Shown in pieces: positions 50,403 to 61,862 of a stretch of DNA of 64,000 nt (position 1 is the stretch's first letter; every line of letters begins with the position of its first letter). A model generated the notes under the pieces. The model was not told where the DNA came from. It made no database searches and saw only the letters and a list, made by a program, of their open reading frames with translations. The stretch is taken from the IMG/VR virus record IMGVR_UViG_3300045988_127579, one strand, 5' to 3'. This DNA comes from a virus. The translations under genes and the position numbers were made by a program.

Positions 50403-50680
50403 TAATCATGTTCTCCAATTGCTTCATTAAGAATTTGGTAAAAACGTATACAATCTCTTTCATAAAGGTCTCTAGCCGCGTTTTCAGCTTCTCTTTTAGA
50501 ATATCCTTTACTATTAATATACATTTCAATATCTTCCTTCATAGCTTTATAGCGGGCTAATTGATATCTATAACAAAGACTATCATATATATAACCTTTA
50601 GTATGTTTTTCTCTTTCTTCAAAAAATTCTAAATTATTATCGTATTTATGAGCTTTATCAACCATTTCTTTTAAATCCAT
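50402..50680 (-). CDS. small hypothetical protein
   Basis: ORF in the operon. Confidence 0.45.
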   Translation of the reverse strand: MDLKEMVDKAHKYDNNLEFFEEREKHTKGYIYDSLCYRYQLARYKAMKEDIEMYINSKGYSKREAENAARDLYERDCIRFYQILNEAIGEHD

Positions 50681-50683
50681 ATT

Positions 50684-50998
50684 TTATACCTCTTTAAAAT
50701 CAACATCTTCGGGTTCATCTATATCAAATAATTCAAATAGCATTGGGATAGTTGCAACACAAGCATTAACTTCATCATTACAACAATTATTTAAAAAATT
50801 CGAGGTAACAATACCTGCTACAAAACAAGCAAAATCTTTATGATTCTAATTAAATTTTTTTACAAGAGATTCTAACTCTTCTTCGTTTAAAGAAAGTAAA
50901 TAATCCTTTGAAAATTGTTTCTAATATTTAGTTAAATAACTATTCCATTCTATATAAGACCTTAAAATCTTTTTATAACATAAAGATGGACTACCCAT
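50684..50998 (-). CDS. hypothetical protein (104 aa), 2 in-frame TAGs
   Basis: Contiguous frame from ATG to TAA with two TAGs; it fills a gap in the ORF track. Confidence 0.4.
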
Positions 50999-51061
50999 AA
51001 TATTTTTCTTCTTTCTTCATTTATATTTATATAATACCATATTTTAATTATTTAGTCAAAT

Positions 51062-51508
51062 TTAGAATATAATAAAGTCATTATCTGTATTGTCAGCTTT
51101 AATTATCATAGGTGGTCCAAAAGAAATAGTTTTTGTGCGTGGCTGGTTAGATTCAGAAAAAATTTCAGATTTAAGTTTTTCCCCAAAAATTTCTAAATCA
51201 CTTTTTTCATTTGACTTGTCGGTTTCTTCGTCTGTTCCCGGCCCGAGCAACCACCCTTTTTCTTTATAACCAGGGGTAGAAGCTTTAATCCATAAGTCTG
51301 CGATTTCATCTAATACCTTGAACAAATCGTCTTTAGAAGAAATTCCCAGTTCATTTAATTGTTTATTTATTCTATTATTCACTTCATTATATGTATACCC
51401 ATATGACCCTAAAGATTCTAAAATCTCGTGCAGGGCTTCACCACTTTTTTGTGGGGTTGCCTAATATATCATATTAATGTCATCAGCATAATAATTAAAT
51501 TTTCCCAT
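51062..51508 (-). CDS. hypothetical protein (about 148 aa), one TAG
   Basis: ATG with GGAG RBS upstream of the ORF-track GTG start; same frame. Confidence 0.45.
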
Positions 51509-51533
51509 AATCTACTCCATAAATGAAAATAAT

Positions 51534-51565
51534 GGCTATATGAAGAAATAAATCTTCATATAGCC
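51534..51565 (-). terminator. hairpin terminator after the lysozyme-like gene
   Basis: 13-bp stem GGCTATATGAAGA / TCTTCATATAGCC, followed on the - strand by a T-rich tract. Confidence 0.5.
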
Positions 51566-51571
51566 GTAAAA

Positions 51572-52411
51572 TTAATTAGTAAAATAATTATAAGCAGTGG
51601 TCGCATTCTTTTGTCTTTGATTTAAAGAACTTGATCCACAACGCTCATAACATTTTGCAAAAGCTTTAGCAACTTCTTTTTCATCATTTAAATTTAAAAA
51701 AGAATTAAAATTAAATCCTCTTTTATATGAAGAACCAAAAGTATTAAATTCATATCCAATAGTATTTATTAAGAATTCGCATTGTGTATCTAAATCAGAA
51801 TACCAAACACTTGAATATCCTTTACTCCATTGACAAATTCCATAATAATATTTATTAGAAGCAGTTGGCTGTAAAGATAAAGTATTACCGCCACATTCTG
51901 CCATCATATTACCCAAAATACCGGCGCAAACCGCGTCATTCCATCCTTGGTCTTTCATATAAAGCCAAATTTCTGTCGCTACTGGATAAGTAGATGATTT
52001 ATCATTCCATTGAGAATTAATTTTATCTAAACGATTCTGATAAATTTCCAAATATCCATTAGCGGTTTCATATTCTTTTTTAGCAAATTCAATAATAGGA
52101 TGATTTTCATCATATCCTAATGCTCTCGTTGCTTCGGCTAAGTCATGAGCACTATTTACAATCTCTTGATACTCTTGGATTAGAGATTTGAGCTCTTTAC
52201 GGTTAACTGTATTATTAATTTCTCTATCCATAGGCTCCATATCAATAGTTTCTTCTGGTAAAAAATTATATACAGTTGATGATTCAGAAGGGATGTAAGC
52301 TTCCGAAAAAGTAGTGATTTCGCTATAATTTAGAGCAAGAGCTGATGTTTGTAAAATAAAAATTAATACAAAACAAATAATGCTTCCTGCTAAAATCTTA
52401 TATCTTTTCAT
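51572..52411 (-). CDS. secreted peptidoglycan hydrolase with a phage-tail-lysozyme-like domain (279 aa), TAG-free
   Basis: Signal peptide MKRYKILAGSIICFVLIFILQTSALA; motif AGILGNMMAECGG...YGICQW; strong RBS TAGGAGGAAA. Confidence 0.6.
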   Translation of the reverse strand: MKRYKILAGSIICFVLIFILQTSALALNYSEITTFSEAYIPSESSTVYNFLPEETIDMEPMDREINNTVNRKELKSLIQEYQEIVNSAHDLAEATRALGYDENHPIIEFAKKEYETANGYLEIYQNRLDKINSQWNDKSSTYPVATEIWLYMKDQGWNDAVCAGILGNMMAECGGNTLSLQPTASNKYYYGICQWSKGYSSVWYSDLDTQCEFLINTIGYEFNTFGSSYKRGFNFNSFLNLNDEKEVAKAFAKCYERCGSSSLNQRQKNATTAYNYFTN

Positions 52412-52464
52412 AAATGATTTCCTCCTAATAGGTTTTTTAAGTCTATTAGTCGTAGTGTCAATTA

Positions 52465-54213
52465 TTAAAAATAATAAGCAGCCCTATCTACAATTTCGTA
52501 ATCTTCTATAATAATCTAAGGACTAATGTTATTATTCCATATATTTCGTTCGCATTTACCAACGATATTAATTGTCACATAACCCTATTCAGAATACAAT
52601 TTCTCGTATTCCTCCTCGGACGACTTAAACTTGATTAAACTGATGCCATCTGGCATAGTTATCTTCAAGGTAGGATTTTTATCTTTTGACATTAAAGTTA
52701 AGTTATTTGATGCAACTTTTATTCCTTCAACGGCAATAGATGCTTCTTCTACCCCTTGGCCCCAAAGTGATTTAAGTTGAGCGATATCAATAATATCTTT
52801 TCCAACTAAATCATTAGTGTGATAAATAAAATCAACACTATAAATTGGGGTGAAATCAAAATCTTGTAAAGCAGAATTCGCATATTCAATAAATTTATCA
52901 AAATTATCATCAATAATACCAAATCCAAAAGCATTAGGATGTCCTTCCGCATACATAATTAGATTTGATTTTTGACAAAATTCTCTAAAGTCTTTAAGCG
53001 CGGATTTGTCGTATCCTCTGCCGGAGCCTTCCCAACAAATTTGTTGAGTTTCTTCATCTATTGTTTTATTAAGAATTAAAACAGGACGTTGATATTTGCT
53101 CATTAATTGATTGGCCATTAATCCAGTCAAATTTTTGTCAGCAGCAAATCCATCTAACTTAATTCCTAAGATTTTATTACTTAAAAGATTTTGATTTGCG
53201 ATTATCTATTCAATTTTTTCCAAGCTAGTGTCTCTGATTTTAGTTTGCCTATTCTTGATATTAGTACAATTACGACAAGCTTGTTCTACTCTTGTCTCTG
53301 CTTGACCTTTACATCCACGTTTTGTTGAAGGGACAAGTTCGTATCCCTTAAAATCAAGCATTGACTCGAATAGCATGAGCTTTTCTTCTTGCGTCCCAAC
53401 ACGAGTAGTTGCATTAACTAAAGGAGCAATATAGAAAGCTACTCCAATAGGCGTAATCTCATTATTAAAATGAAACTAATCTCTATTGATTATGCCTCTG
53501 AAGCAAGGATTGGTGATTTGTTGTAAGCCTTTATTAATTAAATGTTTTGTTTCAAAATCACGCATATCCATCATGTCGGCCACCATTCCAAGAGCAACTA
53601 AATCCAATATATGATCCGCGTATTGAACGTTCATAAGTTCATCAATATAACAACAAAACTTATAAACCATTCCTACGCCAGATAAAGATTTTGTCGGATA
53701 ATCACATAATTGATTGTTAATAATACAAGCATACTATGATATTTTATCAGCTTCATGGTGGTCTATTACCAACACGTCAATACCATTTTTATATAAATAT
53801 TCGTGTTCTAAATAATCATTTGATGAAGAATCTGGAGCAATTACTAATTTAATATCTTTATCAATACTATCTGGTATAATTCCGTGTTGTTTTCCTGCAT
53901 GGACACGATAAAAAATATTGTTTTGCACAAACGCAGGAAAAAGACAGTATAAGTAATTCATGAGTGCGGCCGCCGAAGTATAGCCATCACAATCACTATC
54001 TACCTATATAAGAACTTTGTCATTTTGTGCAATATGTTTGACGAGCATTTTTGCACCATTTTCTATTCTATCAATAGTTGCTGGTTCTATAATGTCATCA
54101 TCAGTGGTATTAAGATAATGAGGAATATCTTGTAATTTAATTCCTCTATTGGTTAGCACCTGTTCGACCGCTGAATACTGCGGGATGCGAGGGGCTTTTA
54201 GTTGATAGTCCAT
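52465..54213 (-). CDS. recJ: RecJ-like DHH/DHHA1 ssDNA exonuclease (about 582 aa), 5-6 in-frame TAGs
   Basis: Four ORF-track pieces (54004, 53734, 53476, 52585) are in one frame through TAGs. Motifs DSDCDGYTSAA, LVIDHH and AEGHPNAFGFG. The canonical end is a TAG followed by a 39-codon extension to TAA. Confidence 0.7.
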
Positions 54214-54282
54214 AGGCTATTCAACCTCCTTTCATAATACCACCACTATTATTTAAGAATTTCTATAATTTACTTATTCATA

Positions 54283-54600
54283 TCAGTCCTCTCCTACTGG
54301 ATCACCATAGTAATGATAAGCAGTATAAGGAAGGGCTCTTGTGCATGGAAAAATAATAGTTTCAATAACTGAAAGAGGGGTTTGACAAGAAATATAAGAA
54401 ATATTACACTTATATCCTCTGGCATTTCCAGTAGAAATAACTACTTTCCAATAATCTTCATTTTCAAAAACTATAGAATAACGATTGATAGATTTAATTT
54501 TTTCTATTGGTTTTATATCCATTGCTTTGTATTGTTCTTCAATTCTTTCCAATTGTTCAATTCCTTCAATGAAAGTATTACACCAAACAATGCCTGTCAT
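54283..54600 (-). CDS. hypothetical protein (105 aa)
   Basis: ORF with an ATGA overlap to its upstream neighbour. Confidence 0.45.
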   Translation of the reverse strand: MTGIVWCNTFIEGIEQLERIEEQYKAMDIKPIEKIKSINRYSIVFENEDYWKVVISTGNARGYKCNISYISCQTPLSVIETIIFPCTRALPYTAYHYYGDPVGED

Positions 54601-54887
54601 AAACCGCTCTCTCCCATCTTATGCCCTAATGGACAAATATGAAAAAGAACAGGAATTTCCATTTCCGTATATCCTTTTTCTAAATCTCCATTATATCTAA
54701 TTACTTTTCGAGTTTCAATTCCACTTGATATACACTTACTGGTTTTATCATAATATTTATTACATTTATCGCAATAAATACAACTTCGGAGCAAACTATC
54801 TCTTTGTTTTTTTAATCCTTCGATTTGCGCGCTCAGTGAAATAATTGTATCATTTACAGAGATAGGAATATCATAATCATCATTCAT
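54597..54887 (-). CDS. small zinc-ribbon protein (96 aa)
   Basis: CxxC...CxxxC pattern; ORF. Confidence 0.45.
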   Translation of the reverse strand: MNDDYDIPISVNDTIISLSAQIEGLKKQRDSLLRSCIYCDKCNKYYDKTSKCISSGIETRKVIRYNGDLEKGYTEMEIPVLFHICPLGHKMGESGL

Positions 54888-55987
54888 ATAAATATCCTTT
54901 CCTTATATAATTGTAAAAATTTTTCTTTACCATCATCAATTGGTGAATCTTTGTATTTTGTAATCATATTTTTATCAAAAATAAAAGATATAAGCACATC
55001 ATTTTTAAATTTAGTTCTAATTTTTAAAAGATTTAACTTTAAGTGTTGAAATTCTGCGTCTCCAATTTCTTGGAATTGTCTATCAAAAGCAATTATAATT
55101 TCTTGCGCACCACTATCTAATAATAATTGAATTTGATGCGAAGAAACATTACTTCCGCAACAAGCTACTGATATATTGTTATTCCAACCGAAATCAGTAG
55201 CATATTTCAATACTGATTTTTCACTTTCAAAAATGATTGCTTTTTTCATTATGCCAATGGCCTTTTTAGACCAATTTAATCCATATAAGTTCATTCCAAG
55301 AGGATGATTATATAATTGATTATTTATTTTCATTGGTCTATATTTCCCATATAGCTCCGCCTCGTCTTTGCACATGGTGCGTCCGCGCAAGCCTACAAAT
55401 CTTCCGCTAATATCATAATGAGGAATTGTAATTTGATCGGCTCCTGGATAAAAACCAATACGTGCTTTATTAATTACTTCTTGAGAAATTCCTTCATCAA
55501 GCCAAGGAATTATTTTAATATTATAATTTAATCTATTTAAAATAGAATCATCATAATCTTTTAAAATAATTTTATTATTTTTTAATTCAATCTCTTGGAT
55601 ACGAGAATAATTTGATAAAATTTTCCAATCATCTAAAGTTTTACCCATATCGTCATCTTTTATCATGCCTGACAAACCAAAACGACGAGCAACCCATAAC
55701 ACTGAATCATTTAAATCAAATTCTTCATCATATTGAATTTTCATTACTTTAGAACATAATTCAAAAATATCAAAAGTTGAATCGCATCCCGTGTAGCATT
55801 TAAATAATCCTGTATTTTCATAAAAATAAAGTTTTCTACTACCTTCTCCAGGAGGATTATGACAAATGGTGGAAGAGAGAATCCCGAATTCTGTATATTC
55901 AGGATCTCCGCCCCATTCAATTAATAAATCATAAATATTTTCAAGCCCAAGAGCTTGACGAATTTCTGATTTATCAAATACTATCAT
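54884..55987 (-). CDS. dnaG: DnaG-type DNA primase (367 aa), TAG-free
   Basis: CHC2 zinc finger ICHNPPGEGSRKLYFYENTGLFKCYTGC; TOPRIM motifs IIFESEKSVL and AFDRQ. Confidence 0.8.
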   Translation of the reverse strand: MIVFDKSEIRQALGLENIYDLLIEWGGDPEYTEFGILSSTICHNPPGEGSRKLYFYENTGLFKCYTGCDSTFDIFELCSKVMKIQYDEEFDLNDSVLWVARRFGLSGMIKDDDMGKTLDDWKILSNYSRIQEIELKNNKIILKDYDDSILNRLNYNIKIIPWLDEGISQEVINKARIGFYPGADQITIPHYDISGRFVGLRGRTMCKDEAELYGKYRPMKINNQLYNHPLGMNLYGLNWSKKAIGIMKKAIIFESEKSVLKYATDFGWNNNISVACCGSNVSSHQIQLLLDSGAQEIIIAFDRQFQEIGDAEFQHLKLNLLKIRTKFKNDVLISFIFDKNMITKYKDSPIDDGKEKFLQLYKERIFI

Positions 55988-56156
55988 AAGTAATTACTTT
56001 AGAACAATTTCTCATAAGCCCACACTGTTCATTAACATAATGAACAAGCATTTCCTGCGGACGAAGCTTAGCAAGACTGGGAACAGCTTTATAAGAACGA
56101 ATAATCTCCTTAGCCATTCTATTACTCATCTTGTATTCAACATTACCACTCTTCAT
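55974..56156 (-). CDS. small hypothetical protein (60 aa)
   Basis: ORF between the helicase and primase genes. Confidence 0.35.
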   Translation of the reverse strand: MKSGNVEYKMSNRMAKEIIRSYKAVPSLAKLRPQEMLVHYVNEQCGLMRNCSKVITYDSI

Positions 56157-56173
56157 AATTTTTCTCCTTAATT

Positions 56174-57709
56174 TTAAAAAGCTGACTCTTCTTCAAGAGT
56201 AATTTTTATATCATCAATAGGAACAAGTTCATAAGCATATGTAGTACAAAACATAGGAATAATTCTACAAGTTCCTAAATCTGCTTTACACCATAAAATA
56301 ACTCCTTTATACCTACCACGTCTATTTTTATAAACAGACATTTTAATAGTTGGAGTATCAAATAATTTTGTGTTTAGTATTTTTTCTAATGAAATTAAGT
56401 CATCATCTTGAACATTTAAAAGAATTGATCCATAATCTACTTTATCTGCGATAGATTTTGCTCCACGCAAAAGATTCTGGTCAGGAGTTTTAGAATCAAC
56501 ATAATCACCATTTAACTGTGTTGCTGACATAATAAAAACACCGTATTGATTACAAATATCTTTTAATTTGTTAGATAGCATAAAAAGTATGTTATCTTCA
56601 CGAAGTTTTACTCCACCACTACGACGAGTAATTTCTTCAAGAATTTTCATGCTTGTATGAATATAGTCGTGAAATATATATTTTACATCGTGATCTCGGA
56701 TGCCTTTTTTGATTTCATTCTCGACATCCTGCAATGAAAAATCAGGTAATTCACGGATATACAATGGGCTATCTTTAAGAATTTTTGCGGCCTCTATTAC
56801 TCGTTCTTTTTCATTTCCTTGATATTCATTATAAATAATATGTTCTTCATTCACATTAGAAAGAAAAGCAAGCATCATTGTTTGAATTTCATTTTTATCT
56901 TGCTCTGTAGTTATATACAATACTGGTTCTTGAATTCCGTTTTTAATCCAACTTCCAAAAGTATCATCATATATTTTATTACAAGCAATATAGCACGAAT
57001 CCGCAATCATAGAACGAGTTTTACCTACTCCTGTGGCCGCGGAACGCAAATAAAACTTTTTAAGTCTTGCACCACGAGTAACTGTATTAATTAATGGCCC
57101 ATATAGAGGACTTCCTGCTATTGGATGTTGCTCTAAGTCATCAAGCAATTCAAAAATTCCATCACCTGCTTGAACCGCAACTCCTTCAACGTCATTTACA
57201 TACTCATATTTAATTTGTTCTATGCGGTCATCAATTAATTGTGCGATATGCTCTAATGAAGAATTATCAAGATTATCTTCTTGTAATTGTTTTTTTTCAG
57301 TATCTAAAATATTATCAGGGTCATAAATAAAAGAAACATCAATGCCATATCTGTCATAAGCGCGAAGTAGAGACATTTTTTTTAAACGACCATAATAATA
57401 ATCAAATGATAAAGGTTTCGCATTTTCAGAAACTTTTAATAACCACTCTTCGCCTTTATTAACTTTAAATGTAGCTTCATATTTAGGGCGAGAAGAAAGA
57501 AAATCACTAATATTTTCTAAAGTAATTTTCTAAGCTCCTAATTCATGAATTTTATATATTGCTCCAAAAACAATTCTATGAAATTCATCAGCGAAATCTT
57601 CATCAGTTATTATATATCTATCAGTAAAATCCAAAAGCTAAGGAGTATTATATACGCACCCTATAACTTGTGTAATCGCTGTTGGGTCTACATATTTACT
57701 CGGCATTTA
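56174..57709 (-). CDS. dnaB: DnaB-family replicative helicase (about 511 aa), 2 in-frame TAGs in the N-terminal domain
   Basis: RBS AGGAGG + ATG at 57709. The frame joins through two TAGs to ORF 56174..57376, which has Walker A AATGVGKT and a RecA-like C-terminal domain. Confidence 0.75.
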
Positions 57710-58250
57710 AGTCCTCCTATTCATCTAAAAATGTAAAAACTGATTTTTTTCGAGGTTCTTTTTTAGGAATAGGAATTTTTATTTCCTTTAATTTAGGAAC
57801 GTAATCAATAACATTTTTATCTTTATTGGATTGTTGAATCATCCAAAGATTATAATAATAATTGTAAGCGTCTTTATAAATAAAAGGTATAATACCAATT
57901 CCACCATTAGCTTTATTTTTATTATTTCCCTTAACCTCATAAAAATAAACTAAGGCTTTTAACATTCCAGAATATGTATATTGGTATTCTCTTATATAAT
58001 CATTCATTTGCTTGCGGACGCGAGCATTAATATATGATTCTCCCAATAAGTTTTTTACATATTCTTCAAATTTTTCTTTATCTAAATCTTCTTTTGTTTT
58101 TACTTTTTCGGGCGGATTATGAACTTGTAAAGGAGTGTCTTCATTTTCAGCCTATTTAGCACATTCAGGGTGCGCGTATCTTCGAGATTTTATTTGAACA
58201 TAAGGAAACTTATCTCTATCAAAAGTTTGCTGACAATAAATACATTTAAC
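57696..58250 (-). CDS. zinc-ribbon protein (about 180 aa); 5' boundary uncertain; one internal TAG and a TAG-bridged 7-codon tail
   Basis: The frame of ORF 57717..58046 extends upstream through KCIYCQQ...HPECAK (one TAG) to an AAAGGAG RBS with no clear ATG. Downstream, TAG + 7 codons + TAA. Confidence 0.4.
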
Positions 58251-58320
58251 TTTATGTATATAAATTACTCCTTTCCATTACTTTATATAAATATTATACA
58301 ATATTTTTAAATAAAAGTCA

Positions 58321-58348
58321 AACCGGAGCGACTTTTATCACTCCGGTT
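58321..58348 (-). terminator. hairpin terminator
   Basis: Stem AACCGGAG / CTCCGGTT with a 12-nt loop; T-rich flanks on both strands. Confidence 0.6.
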
Positions 58349-58364
58349 ATAAATTATATTTTAT

Positions 58365-59360
58365 TTACTTATTTTCCATTTGAGGAAGAAGATCATCTTT
58401 AATTTCGCCAACAATTAAAGATACAAATTCTGCCTGTTCAGGAGTGGCGTCAGAAATTTTCTTGCCTTTACCCAAATATTTATCAATAATTTGAGTGATA
58501 CGAGGACCAAAGAATCCAGGATTCTTATTCATCATATCTCCAGCAAGATTTTGGAATTCAGCCATAAGTGCTTCATAATCATAAGTAGGAGCTTCAGGGG
58601 CAACGACCATCTTTTCATCAGTGACAAATTTACCACCATTGTCAGCTGCTTCCTTATCAATAGCCTCATGGATAGCATTAATAAGACTATCATAATTCAT
58701 AGGAATTTCGCTTTCAATATACTTGAAACGACCACCACAGTCAATAAGGTCATTACCAGAACGAAGAGTTAGGACAGACATTTGGCCGGCCGCCTTTTGA
58801 TGAGCATATCCATAAACATCAGCCATACCGGTGATAATAGTGCGAGTGGATTGAGAAAGATTTGGTCTTACTGCCACAACCTCAGTGCCATCAGGACGAG
58901 TTACAGTTTGTTCTTTTTCATGTCCGATAAAGAAAACGGCATATCCAAGACGAGTTAAACCTCTAAAGACTTCATTAAATTCATCTTTAAACTTAGACCA
59001 GCCCTTACCATAACCAAGGTCTCCAAGAGATTCAATCTGATTTTGATTACAGATATATTTCTCACAATATTTAGCGGCTTCATCAATAGTATCTACAATA
59101 ATAGCATTATACATTGCCTTTACTTCTGGACGCTTCAAATCACGATAAACTTGCTTCATTTCTGCCCAAGAAGTAATGTCCGCGGCCATAACACCAGGAA
59201 GGCAGTTATAGCCTTGCTCAAAAGCTAAAAGCAAAGAATTCGGCATTTGAGTCGCCAAAGTAGTCTTGCCTGTCTTGGGCTTGCCATAAATAAAAGTAAT
59301 ATAACCAGAAAGATCTTTACTTACCTTATGAGGTTGAATTTTAGTTAAATCAATAGCCAT
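58365..59360 (-). CDS. Sak4-like (AAA_24) RecA-fold recombination ATPase (331 aa), TAG-free
   Basis: Walker A GKPKTGKTT; typical size and context, next to an SSB-like gene. Confidence 0.65.
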   Translation of the reverse strand: MAIDLTKIQPHKVSKDLSGYITFIYGKPKTGKTTLATQMPNSLLLAFEQGYNCLPGVMAADITSWAEMKQVYRDLKRPEVKAMYNAIIVDTIDEAAKYCEKYICNQNQIESLGDLGYGKGWSKFKDEFNEVFRGLTRLGYAVFFIGHEKEQTVTRPDGTEVVAVRPNLSQSTRTIITGMADVYGYAHQKAAGQMSVLTLRSGNDLIDCGGRFKYIESEIPMNYDSLINAIHEAIDKEAADNGGKFVTDEKMVVAPEAPTYDYEALMAEFQNLAGDMMNKNPGFFGPRITQIIDKYLGKGKKISDATPEQAEFVSLIVGEIKDDLLPQMENK

Positions 59361-59507
59361 TATGTTATTTCTCCTTATTTGTTTTAATTATTATCTCTTT
59401 AAGTATTTCTTCTAAATTTAGTATATTACAAAAATCATCATATAAATTAACTTTAGCGCAATGGCCTCTTATTGAGAGGCCATTGCTATTTAATGGCTAA
59501 TTCATGA

Positions 59508-60455
59508 TTAGAATTTAAAACCTTCTGTAGCAGGGGATGCGACAGTAGTAGCAGTAGTAACATTCTGCTTAGAAGCTTTATATTCATCTTGACGCTGCTT
59601 CAAAGTAGCAAGGTAAGTCTCACGCGCGGCCATAGCTTCAGTAAGCTCTTTCGCAGTGATAGAACTTTCATCATCCCAAACATAAGGCTCCTTAGCGCCA
59701 CCGGTAATAACAAAATCCTTACGAGTGCTTTGAACCTCACGAACATTATCATCGCCAAACGCAGACTCTTCACGAATCTCGCGCTTAATTACTTCAGATA
59801 CCTGACGACCCCAAAGCTTTGTGAACACAGGCTCAGAAGGAGAGGCTCCAAGACCTTCGTAATAAGCCATAGCTCCAGGATTAGTAGCTGTAAATTCAAC
59901 AGGAAGCAAAGACTTACGAAAATCAAAAATTGCTCCCTTAACAATTACTTTTTCAGGGATATTGTGCTCTTCATCAGCATCAACATGAGTTACATTGGTG
60001 ATAATCATGTCGCACTTAAAAGTATTGCGCTGCTTTTCATCATCAATAAGAGTAGTAGTAGTATGAACAAATCCACCCTCATTGCGCTTAGTGCTTACAA
60101 GCTCTTCCTTACCATTACGGTCAGAATAAAATTCATTAAGACCAATCGCGGAATCAACACGAAGCTTAGCAGCTTTATCTTCTCCATCAGCCATATAATT
60201 ACCGATTGTACCATCAATAATATTCTGAAGAATACTATATGTAGCATTAGGAGTGCCCTTAGTAGTAGTTTGAGTTACATAAGTAAAGTGAACCTGGACG
60301 ATATTAGTAAGAGCATTATCAGTAGCAATACTAATAGTACCAGAAATAAAAGGAGTGCCGGGGTTTTTAGAATTTGGTCCGGTTACCTTATTTTCCAAAG
60401 CATGTTCGTACAAGATACCTTCAATATGAGTAGCATTTTCCATTACTTTCTTCAT
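59508..60455 (-). CDS. abundant early protein, putative ssDNA-binding protein (315 aa); GC-rich and TAG-free
   Basis: Adjacent to the Sak4-like gene. GC content is well above the genome average, and no stops occur on the antisense strand either. Confidence 0.45.
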   Translation of the reverse strand: MKKVMENATHIEGILYEHALENKVTGPNSKNPGTPFISGTISIATDNALTNIVQVHFTYVTQTTTKGTPNATYSILQNIIDGTIGNYMADGEDKAAKLRVDSAIGLNEFYSDRNGKEELVSTKRNEGGFVHTTTTLIDDEKQRNTFKCDMIITNVTHVDADEEHNIPEKVIVKGAIFDFRKSLLPVEFTATNPGAMAYYEGLGASPSEPVFTKLWGRQVSEVIKREIREESAFGDDNVREVQSTRKDFVITGGAKEPYVWDDESSITAKELTEAMAARETYLATLKQRQDEYKASKQNVTTATTVASPATEGFKF

Positions 60456-60469
60456 AAATAAATTTCTCC

Positions 60470-60847
60470 TTAATTAAATAAATTCAATAAATTAATATTT
60501 TTTCCTTTTTCTGTTAAAGTATAAATAATTGGATCTTGACTAACTTTTTCTACGAAACCATCAGATACTAATTTGCGCATGGAACCCGCAACTCCACGGC
60601 TAGACACACCGAGATATTCGGCAATTTCTCTTGATTTAACAAGAGGAATATCTTTATTATTATCTTGCATCCATTTAATAATGGCCTTTCCGCCCTCAGT
60701 AAATAGAGGCTTTTCAGTTTCTTCTTTAGCTTTTAACGCTTCCCAATAGATACGAGCGTCTTCACTCATTACTACTGGATAGCGGTTTTCATTAGTGGCA
60801 ACAATTAATTCTTCAACATAATCAATAAATGCTTGTTTCTTACTCAT
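60470..60847 (-). CDS. small winged-helix DNA-binding protein (125 aa)
   Basis: HTH-like SREIAEYLGVSSRGVAGSMRKLVSDGFVEKV; paralogous in pattern to gene 62935..63204. Confidence 0.5.
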   Translation of the reverse strand: MSKKQAFIDYVEELIVATNENRYPVVMSEDARIYWEALKAKEETEKPLFTEGGKAIIKWMQDNNKDIPLVKSREIAEYLGVSSRGVAGSMRKLVSDGFVEKVSQDPIIYTLTEKGKNINLLNLFN

Positions 60848-60884
60848 TTTAAAAAGTTTATAACCTTTCTTTATCTTATATAAA

Positions 60885-60914
60885 TATTATATAATATTTA
60901 TTTAGAAAAATCAA
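60885..60914 (-). promoter_or_regulatory. sigma-A-like promoter: TTGATT, 18-nt spacer, TATAAT
   Basis: On the - strand: TTGATTtttctaaaataaatattaTATAAT; upstream of gene 60470..60847. Confidence 0.45.
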
Positions 60915-60921
60915 GTTGTGA

Positions 60922-61584
60922 TTAATTTACCAATAGTTCTTCCGCATAAGGAAGAGTTTCAATCCATTTACAGAACTCTCTCCATTCGGGAAGACGATGG
61001 TTTTTTCTCTAAATATATATGTTTCTTAAACATCTATAATTAGTAGTTAATCTTGCGGTAAGCAAAAATCCAGCAGGATTAGAGTATAGAATTTCAAGAT
61101 ATTTTTCTTTTCTAATCTCTTCTAACTGCTCAAGCATTTTAATTTTCTCATTTTTATTTTCAGTTTCACAATGCTTAATTCTATCAATAATACTTAAAAG
61201 TTTATTATAAATATCAACTTTTTCACGCATTATCTCAATGATTCTTGAATCAACATATTCATTATATTGTTCATTTAAATCAAATTTAGTAATGCAATGC
61301 ATTGTGGATTGTGAAGATACAAATTCAAGGAATCTATATCTTTCTGCTTCGACCCAAGCCTTATTGGAAAAAGTTAAATCAAAATTAACTCTAATACCAG
61401 TTAAAAATTGGGCATGAGCCATATTGCCACTTTTTGTGGCAGACACAAGACTCTAACATCTTGTCATATCTTTATCATTAATTGGATGTTGCTCGGTATC
61501 CGTTCTCATTGGATATCCAGAAGCAACCATACTTTCTGGTAAGTCATAGACTCTTACGTTACTGACGATTTTATTATTTTTCAT
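60922..61584 (-). CDS. hypothetical protein (about 220 aa), 2 in-frame TAGs, the second bridging a 28-codon extension
   Basis: ATG at 61584 joins ORF 61009..61446 through a TAG. The ORF-track end at 61009 is a TAG, and the frame continues to TAA at about 60922. Confidence 0.5.
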
Positions 61585-61586
61585 AA

Positions 61587-61862
61587 TCAATCCTCATTAC
61601 TTAAAGTATATCCGCTTAGATTATGCCCAAGAGAACGAACAAAACAATCAAGTTCATCAATAAATACCATACTGCCTTTTGGATAATTCCCATTTATATA
61701 ATCATAATATGAAATAAAATCAATTCCAATAATTCCATATCCTTCTGACTTAATTCTCATAGCATCAGGATTAGAACAAGCAATAATAGCATTTTTCTCT
61801 TTGGCTAACAGTATTAATCTACTCGTTTTTCCTGTTCCACGTTTATCAATTATTCTATACAT
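61587..61862 (-). CDS. small P-loop protein (91 aa)
   Basis: Motif GTGKTS; ORF ending TGA. Confidence 0.45.
   Translation of the reverse strand: MYRIIDKRGTGKTSRLILLAKEKNAIIACSNPDAMRIKSEGYGIIGIDFISYYDYINGNYPKGSMVFIDELDCFVRSLGHNLSGYTLSNED

Noticed and set aside
52412-52464. TTGACA-containing putative promoter upstream of the lysozyme gene
   Set aside because: The -10 is poor, and the element falls inside the TAG-bridged 3' extension of the recJ-like gene, so it is not convincing.
59589-60461. 290-aa + strand ORF
   Set aside because: It is antisense to the GC-rich - strand gene 59508-60455. It has a low-complexity Ile/Leu/Ser-rich translation and no RBS; it is an artefact of a stop-poor complementary strand.
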